Shown one piece after another: positions 58,398 to 64,000 of a stretch of DNA of 64,000 bases (position 1 is its first letter; each line of letters opens with the position of its first letter). Source of the stretch: Candidatus Levyibacteriota bacterium. GTDB lineage: Bacteria > Patescibacteriota > Microgenomatia > Levybacterales > UBA12049. The position numbers and the translations under genes are program-made. The notes under the pieces were generated by a model, which searched no databases, had not been told where the DNA came from, and saw only the letters and a list, made by a program, of their open reading frames with translations. The DNA lies in the NCBI GenBank assembly GCA_027459725.1, contig DAIDHK010000006.1, positions 1,895 through 65,894 of the forward strand. Reading direction: 5' to 3'.

Positions 58398-59200
58398 TGA
58401 GAAAAAATCTAGCGGCCCATCACGGTTCTGGGTTGAAAACCGCGCTGTTGTTTTTTGTAATAGTTTGTTTTGTTATACTGATTTCGCTTGCAGTTAGGTT
58501 TTTTGTTGCATTTAAAAATAGCAGTTTTGATGGTCAACACCAGTTTGTTTTGTTAGTGCGTTCTGACAATAATAAAGGTATGTTAGCGCTTTTTCAGCCA
58601 AATTCATCGTTTTCTGTTATGGTTGTGCCATTAAGTAATATAAATAATCAGAATATCTCAGCTGATTTACACATAGGTATTGATGGTAGCGTTAGGGGAA
58701 ATATCGATAAAATCGCTAATAAGAGTGATGTTAAATCAATTATTTTCAATTCCATATTTCATCTTCAACAACAAGGTAGTCATGTAACATGGTTAGATTT
58801 AATGCGTTTATGGTTTATTGCTAATACAACTCCTGTTGTTTTCATGCCAGTTGATAAATTGCCCCAAGATAATATTGTAGGCACTATGGGGTTACAACTT
58901 TTCATTGACAGTGGTATCCAAAAAGATAATCAAACTGTGCAAATTATTAATAGTACTCCACAACCTGGTTTGGGAACTAGAATGGCATCGGAATTAACTA
59001 ATATGGGAGCTGATGTAATCGATGTTCGCTCTTCTCCTACAGAAGTTGAGCATTCAGTCATAAATTATGATAAAATTTCTTATACAGTTACAAGATTAGA
59101 ACGTATTTTGCAAATGCCTGCTATGTTGACTAACAATCCAGGAATTGCTGATATACAGATTATTATTGGAGCAGATGATGCATATCCGAAAACCTTTTAA
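58397..59200 (+). CDS. Membrane-anchored LytR_C-domain protein
   Basis: N-terminal TM; C-terminal VQIINSTPQPGLGTRMASELTNMGADVIDV...IQIIIGAD resembles the LytR C-terminal (LytR_C) domain. Confidence 0.5.
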   Translation: MRKNLAAHHGSGLKTALLFFVIVCFVILISLAVRFFVAFKNSSFDGQHQFVLLVRSDNNKGMLALFQPNSSFSVMVVPLSNINNQNISADLHIGIDGSVRGNIDKIANKSDVKSIIFNSIFHLQQQGSHVTWLDLMRLWFIANTTPVVFMPVDKLPQDNIVGTMGLQLFIDSGIQKDNQTVQIINSTPQPGLGTRMASELTNMGADVIDVRSSPTEVEHSVINYDKISYTVTRLERILQMPAMLTNNPGIADIQIIIGADDAYPKTF

Positions 59201-59455
59201 AAAGGTTAGATAATTTGAAAGAAGATAGATGGTATTATTGAGAAAATAATCTTATATATGTATTAATATCATTATTATGACAACTTTAGTTATTATTCTT
59301 ATAATTGCTTTGATTTCAATATTATGGGCGTATTGGTCTTTCCGGCAAAATACAAAACATGAACGATTAAATGAAGTAAAAAGAGACCTTAATAAGGGGA
59401 GAGTGGTATTCTATTCACAAAGTAGTAATAAGAAAGAGAGTATTAATTAATTTAT

Positions 59456-60193
59456 TTAGTTTTCTTGATCCAAATGACCAGCAGGTTCATTGTCTTCATC
59501 CCTTATTGTTTTAAAAGTAAATTTAGTTTTTTCCAATGTAATAAATGATGGTTGGTTTTTAAATTTGCTCACTCTTTTAGTCTCTCGAATAAAGATAACT
59601 ACTTTATTCTCTTGACTACTTTTAATGAACGTCTCATATAAATTTCCAGCTTCGATTAATTTGATTAATCTTTTTCCCAGGTCATCAGGTAACATCCCAA
59701 TAAAATGTTTTTGTTGTGAGATAACAAATATTTTCATTCTCTTGGTCTGTAATTCAACTTTTTCTCCACTACGTAGCATGGTTAGAGTTTTTTTATCGGC
59801 TAAGTTAATTAAATCCACTACCTTTGTTCTTCCTGGCTCTTCAATGAAAAGATTAGTAAAAGATAGGGGAGCTACTGAAGTATATTGTTTACCGTCACTG
59901 CCATTTAGGCGTTTAATATTCCTGGTAGCAATCGGATTATGCTCATCAATATCTAAAACCTGTTGATATACTAACCTGGCTTTCTTAATGTTTCCTATGC
60001 TGCTCCATGCAAATGCCAAACGATTCATGGTTTCGATATCATGAGGGTTTTCTTCTAGTAGTTGTTCATTTATCTTTATAGCGCCTTCCCAATCTCCTGC
60101 CAGGGCGGTTTGAATGGCTAGTGTTTTTGATGCGGTCATAGAAGTTTGTATAGTTGGACTGATAGCTTCAAATTGTAGGCAATTCGGTTGCAA
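59456..60193 (-). CDS. TPR-repeat-containing protein with uncharacterised C-terminal domain
   Basis: N-terminal TPR-like helices (ALAGDWEGAIKINEQLLEENPHDIETMNRLAFAWSSIGNIKKARLVYQQVL). 245 aa. Confidence 0.45.
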   Translation of the reverse strand: MQPNCLQFEAISPTIQTSMTASKTLAIQTALAGDWEGAIKINEQLLEENPHDIETMNRLAFAWSSIGNIKKARLVYQQVLDIDEHNPIATRNIKRLNGSDGKQYTSVAPLSFTNLFIEEPGRTKVVDLINLADKKTLTMLRSGEKVELQTKRMKIFVISQQKHFIGMLPDDLGKRLIKLIEAGNLYETFIKSSQENKVVIFIRETKRVSKFKNQPSFITLEKTKFTFKTIRDEDNEPAGHLDQEN

Positions 60194-60319
60194 AAGTCAA
60201 TAGAGGAGCGGTATAATATGCAAAGTGTCAAGGCTTGGAAGCGTATTAATGGTATAAGAGGATAATGTTTGTTTATATCCCAATACATTTGATATCTATT
60301 CCTCTTTGGTATTTTTTAT

Positions 60320-61063
60320 ATGAGTGGACATTCAAAATGGAAAACAATTAAAAGACAGAAAGGTGCTAATGATGCTAAACGTGGACAAGCGTTTACGAAG
60401 TTATCGATGGCTATTACTTTAGCTGTTAAGCAGGGTGGTGGGATTGGTGATCCAAATAAGAATTTTAAACTTCGATTAGCTGTAGATGCAGCTCGTGCTG
60501 TTAACATGCCAAAAGATACCATTGAGAGAGCTATTGAACGTGCTTCAGGCAAACAGCAGGATGAAATGGAAGAAGTACATTACGAAGGTTTCGGCCCAGG
60601 TGGAGTTAGTGTAATGGTCGATGCGATTACGGACAAAAAACAACGAACTACACCGGAGATAAAAAGCTTGTTTGACAAAAATGGGGGAGTTTTAGGTAAC
60701 CCAGGTACTGTTGCTTATCAATTTCAGCAGGTAGGTCAAATTATCCTTGAAAAACCGAGCATGAGATTAGATGACATTTTCTTGTTAGCAGCTGATACGG
60801 GAGCAGAAGACGTCATACAAGATGGTGAAGATATCGTGATATATACTAAACCAGAAGATTTGTCTAAAGTAAGCGATGCATTGCAGAAAAATAATTTAAC
60901 TGTTTCTGAGAGCGCAATCATCCAAAAACCGACTATATATAAAGAATTACTAACTCAAGAAGAAGCAGATAAATTTACTAGTTTTATAGAAAAAATCGAA
61001 GATCATCAAGATGTGCAAAATGTCTTTCACAATGCAAATTTTGTTTCAGACATACCAGTTTAA
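60320..61063 (+). CDS. yebC: YebC/PmpR-family DNA-binding transcriptional regulator
   Basis: MSGHSKWKTIKRQKGANDAKRGQAFTKL N-terminus is diagnostic. 247 aa. Confidence 0.9.
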   Translation: MSGHSKWKTIKRQKGANDAKRGQAFTKLSMAITLAVKQGGGIGDPNKNFKLRLAVDAARAVNMPKDTIERAIERASGKQQDEMEEVHYEGFGPGGVSVMVDAITDKKQRTTPEIKSLFDKNGGVLGNPGTVAYQFQQVGQIILEKPSMRLDDIFLLAADTGAEDVIQDGEDIVIYTKPEDLSKVSDALQKNNLTVSESAIIQKPTIYKELLTQEEADKFTSFIEKIEDHQDVQNVFHNANFVSDIPV

Positions 61064-61143
61064 AAATACTAATTGCTAGTTGCAGATTTAATTATTAACC
61101 CCAAGATTCTCATTTATTATTTTTATTGATGTATAATAGTTAG

Positions 61144-62037
61144 ATGAGATTTTTTAATCCGTTTAGGTTACTTCATAGGCTAGATGCTCCAACCGAAAAC
61201 AGGGAAGAGACTAAGCCAATTGTAAAGCCAGTACATAATATTCAACATAAAGAAATGACCCAGGGTTTTTTTGACAAACGTCAAAAATTTATAATCGGTA
61301 TTATCATTTTATCTTTAATTTTTTTATCGATCCAATTTAACATTGGTCAACAAGACATTTTTATAGTTGTTGCATTAGCAATACTTACAAATGTCTTTTT
61401 ATACTGGGCAATGAGACACGATTTAAAAGATAATATGATGTATACAATTTTTATTCTACCTTTTTTTTATAGTTTGGCTTTTGGATTGTTCTATTTACTT
61501 ATTCCGACACGGATTATATTTAGATTAATTTTAACTTTTATTTATGGTCTTGGATTGTATTCTTTATTTCTCAGCCAAAATATCTTTGTAGTAGGAGCAA
61601 TTAGAACTATTCAGCTACTTACTGGTGCAAGGATCGTTTCCTTCATGATAGCTATTTTATGTTTTGTTTTTTTAGTTAACACTGTAATTTCTTTACATTT
61701 TGCTTTACCGATAATTTTAGGTTTACTATTGCTTTGTATTTATCCGTTGACATATCATTCTTTGTGGATTTATGTTTTACAAAAAGCTCCATTTAGATTA
61801 TCTTTATGGAGCGGGGGAGTTACATTGTGTTTATTGGAGATCGCTACGGTTTTATTATTCTGGCCCAGTAGTCCAACTGTATTAGCTCTATATTTAGGAA
61901 GTATATTCTATTTATTCGTTGGACTCTCGCATGTGTGGATTGAGAGAAGGCTATTTAGAAATGTAATGTGGGAATTTAGTTGGATATTGATTGTGGCTTT
62001 TTTATTTTTGTTCTTGTTTACAAGTTGGGGAAATTAA
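61144..62037 (+). CDS. Polytopic membrane protein, function unknown
   Basis: 297 aa; hydrophilic N-terminal ~60 aa, then about 7 TM helices. Confidence 0.4.
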   Translation: MRFFNPFRLLHRLDAPTENREETKPIVKPVHNIQHKEMTQGFFDKRQKFIIGIIILSLIFLSIQFNIGQQDIFIVVALAILTNVFLYWAMRHDLKDNMMYTIFILPFFYSLAFGLFYLLIPTRIIFRLILTFIYGLGLYSLFLSQNIFVVGAIRTIQLLTGARIVSFMIAILCFVFLVNTVISLHFALPIILGLLLLCIYPLTYHSLWIYVLQKAPFRLSLWSGGVTLCLLEIATVLLFWPSSPTVLALYLGSIFYLFVGLSHVWIERRLFRNVMWEFSWILIVAFLFLFLFTSWGN

Positions 62038-62999
62038 AAGTATCGGGTTAGAAATTGAGGCAGGGGAGCAAGAGAGTAAATAAGTCCTATAATAAATATG
62101 ATATATATTGATATAGTATGAAAATAGTTACATTAACTTTTCACGAGTGTGGATAAGTAATTATAGGATTCTTACAAAAGATGTTCAGTTGTGCCTAAAA
62201 ACAGCCTAACGCACTCAGGGTAGTGCATATGTTTGTATACGGGAAATATTACTTAAGTTATCTCCTCTTGGGTAAGACTGCTAATTGAAATGAAAAAAAT
62301 ACGAAAATACTTTTCACGGCTGGGCTTATTTCGCTTTGAGTAGAACTTCTAGAGGAGGGGTCAGTTTAGGCAGCAGTTACTGCTTTAGGAGAGAATAGGA
62401 TATGTTTAACTTCAGAATTATAAATTCTATATTTATCTTCTCTTTTCAACGTATGGATCTTGTATCTCTCACGTCGCACAATAATACTTTTGCGACGCCA
62501 CTCATGGTCATACTACGAGGGGAGGGTCTACTTTTGTGTACATTTCTATGTGCTTTTCCTGATGTAAGATCTAATTGTTAGCTAAAATCATGATTAATTC
62601 TCCACAAATTTCCCTCAATATTTGTTATGTACTTTTTTCGTATGCTTTTTTAGACAGTTTTAAGAGTTTGAGTTTATATATATATCAGGGATTCATATTA
62701 GTTACAGACATTAGATATATTAAAATGTATAAGTAGTCAGCTTTTCAATAAAAACGAGTCCTAGCGCATTCTGGGGGCTTGTTTTTAAGGCCAAATTAAT
62801 ACTAACAATAGTAAGTATAAGCGGTCTAAAGATTAGTCATTATAAGCACATAGTATTAATAAAAACTTTATTGATAGATCCTGGTACATAAGTTCAGTTA
62901 TATTTTTGAAATAAAATTAAATTTACACAATATATCCAAAATTATCAGCAATGATCTATGGCATGGACTTATATTTAGTTTTTTTGAAATATATCTTGG

Positions 63000-63019
63000 C
63001 GTGAAAAGAAATTTTCACG
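63000..63019. promoter_or_regulatory. Perfect palindrome CGTGAAAA-gaaa-TTTTCACG at the 3' end of a convergent intergenic gap
   Basis: Read from the sequence. Related TTTTCACG half-sites occur at ~62140 and ~62312. Confidence 0.3.
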
Positions 63020-63032
63020 GAAAATTTATTAA

Positions 63033-63698
63033 TTATTTTTGTTGTGTGATTTTACCTATTTGACTACCCTTAAAAGTGATCGTCTGATTAGTGTTTGGAT
63101 TTTGTGTGATTATTTTTTTTCCATCACGGCTAATAATACTTAGATATGTCCCCTGCTCTGAAGTTTCTACAACATCAGTACAAACATAACCTTTAACCGT
63201 TTTTAACCCATGATCTAAACCGACATTAAACTCAACCCACATAGCATTACCTTGAGGATTGAATGGATCTTCTCCTGCAACTAATTTGGGATTCTGAACT
63301 TTAAATACATTAGTAGCGTTAATTTGTGTACCATCAATTGTATAAATATCGCCACGATCAATTGTATTAGGTTGATCTCCGGGAACTGGGATATTAGGAC
63401 TCAGTCTAAAGTTTGCATCTGTTGGAATGATATCAATACCCTGGTAGATAGCATTTGGAACTCTATCACCATAGTAGGATGATGCTAGTTTATATGCTCC
63501 AATACCAAGCAACCCAAGGGCTAAGCCTGTATTAATATTTTTAGAGTTTGCTGTATAAAATGTAGTAACAGTTTCTCTTAATCGTCCAGCTTGCGTAGCT
63601 AGCTTAGCCTTAATAGCATCTTTTATCTGGGAAGCTAATGGAGTTCGTACTTCTCCTGAGTAATAATAGACTCCTAATGGTTTTAAATTCTCCTTCAT
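63033..63698 (-). CDS. Hypothetical protein (membrane-anchored, beta-rich)
   Basis: 221 aa, one central hydrophobic segment (GLALGLLGIGAYKLA). No motifs. Confidence 0.4.
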   Translation of the reverse strand: MKENLKPLGVYYYSGEVRTPLASQIKDAIKAKLATQAGRLRETVTTFYTANSKNINTGLALGLLGIGAYKLASSYYGDRVPNAIYQGIDIIPTDANFRLSPNIPVPGDQPNTIDRGDIYTIDGTQINATNVFKVQNPKLVAGEDPFNPQGNAMWVEFNVGLDHGLKTVKGYVCTDVVETSEQGTYLSIISRDGKKIITQNPNTNQTITFKGSQIGKITQQK

Positions 63699-63783
63699 AT
63701 TAATATAGGATTATATATTATGGGATTCTTTTCGTCAAGTTGACCTTGTGCAGTTTAATTGTTTAATATATAAAGTTATATGC

Positions 63784-64000
63784 AAGATAAAACACTGCCG
63801 GAATTAGTCGATGATTATTTAGAATACTTAAAAGTCGAAAAAAACGCTTCCCCGCTTACTATTCGTGATTATATGCATTATTTGAAAACCTTTTCAGATT
63901 GGTTTTCCTCTACCCTATCTCACAAAAAAATAGGCGACCTGGATCTGTTTATTATCAGACGATATCGTGTTTTTTTGAGCTCAAAAGTGGATGAAAATGG
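63784..64000 (+). CDS. Tyrosine recombinase XerC/XerD-like, N-terminal part (runs off window end)
   Basis: LVDDYLEYLKVEKNASPLTIRDYMHYLKTFSDWF...RRYRVFL is the N-terminal SAM-like core-binding domain of phage-integrase-family recombinases. Confidence 0.6.

Noticed and set aside
62038-63032. tmRNA, RNase P RNA or SRP RNA in the 1-kb convergent gap
   Set aside because: I looked for the diagnostic strings (tmRNA GGGG...tag ORF and T-arm GGTTCGA; RNase P P4 AGGAAAGTCCGGGC; SRP domain IV). I found none on either strand. Some other ncRNA is not excluded, but these three are.
1-64000. Possibility of an alternative genetic code (UGA or UAG reassigned), suggested by the reduced-genome look and the odd RF1 motif
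   Set aside because: TGA terminates well-defined genes (glycerate kinase at 1818-1820; ORF ending 24718-24720). TAG terminates the transketolase N-subunit, with the C-subunit start following. TAA is also used. So the standard code 11 fits.
1-64000. CRISPR arrays, cas genes, transposases, IS elements
   Set aside because: No regularly spaced direct repeats and no Cas, transposase or RT-like ORFs found on reading the window. Only a partial XerC/D-like recombinase at the far end.

Overview
AT-rich bacterial chromosomal segment, read with the standard code. TGA, TAA and TAG all terminate good genes here (e.g. TGA at 1818-1820 and 24718-24720), so a UGA-recoding code is excluded. About 70 features: mostly protein genes, one tRNA-Leu(CAA), no rRNA, no CRISPR array, no transposase.

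Housekeeping content:
- rpsF-ssb-rpsR
- dnaB
- prfA-rpmE
- hisS
- efp, pepA, ychF, yebC
- a split transketolase and a glycerate kinase

Main metabolic and envelope features:
- A five-gene cyoABCDE-type haem-copper quinol oxidase operon with heme o synthase; subunit II has no CuA cysteines.
- A cellulose-like exopolysaccharide cluster: PT-rich surface protein, GH8, BcsA-like GT2 and a GT-C membrane glycosyltransferase.
- Envelope proteases CtpA and HtrA.
- A DnaQ-exonuclease/GIY-YIG fusion and a DipZ-like CcdA-thioredoxin fusion.

Several gene remnants and orphan proteins point to a small, decaying genome, possibly a Patescibacteria/Saccharibacteria-like symbiont (inference only):
- an AlkZ/YcaQ-like N-terminal fragment
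- an alpha/beta-hydrolase wreck
- an ICMT-family fragment
- a LamG-domain gene with an in-frame TAG

I did not recognise a canonical defence or mobile system. The candidates I would look at first are:
- a bacterial SET-domain protein
- a kinase-like / HAD / HAD / ATPase-winged-helix regulator cluster beside dnaB
- a 489-aa orphan protein
- a ~1 kb gene-free gap between convergent genes carrying perfect palindromes

All calls rest on motif-level reading of the translated ORFs. No database search was run.
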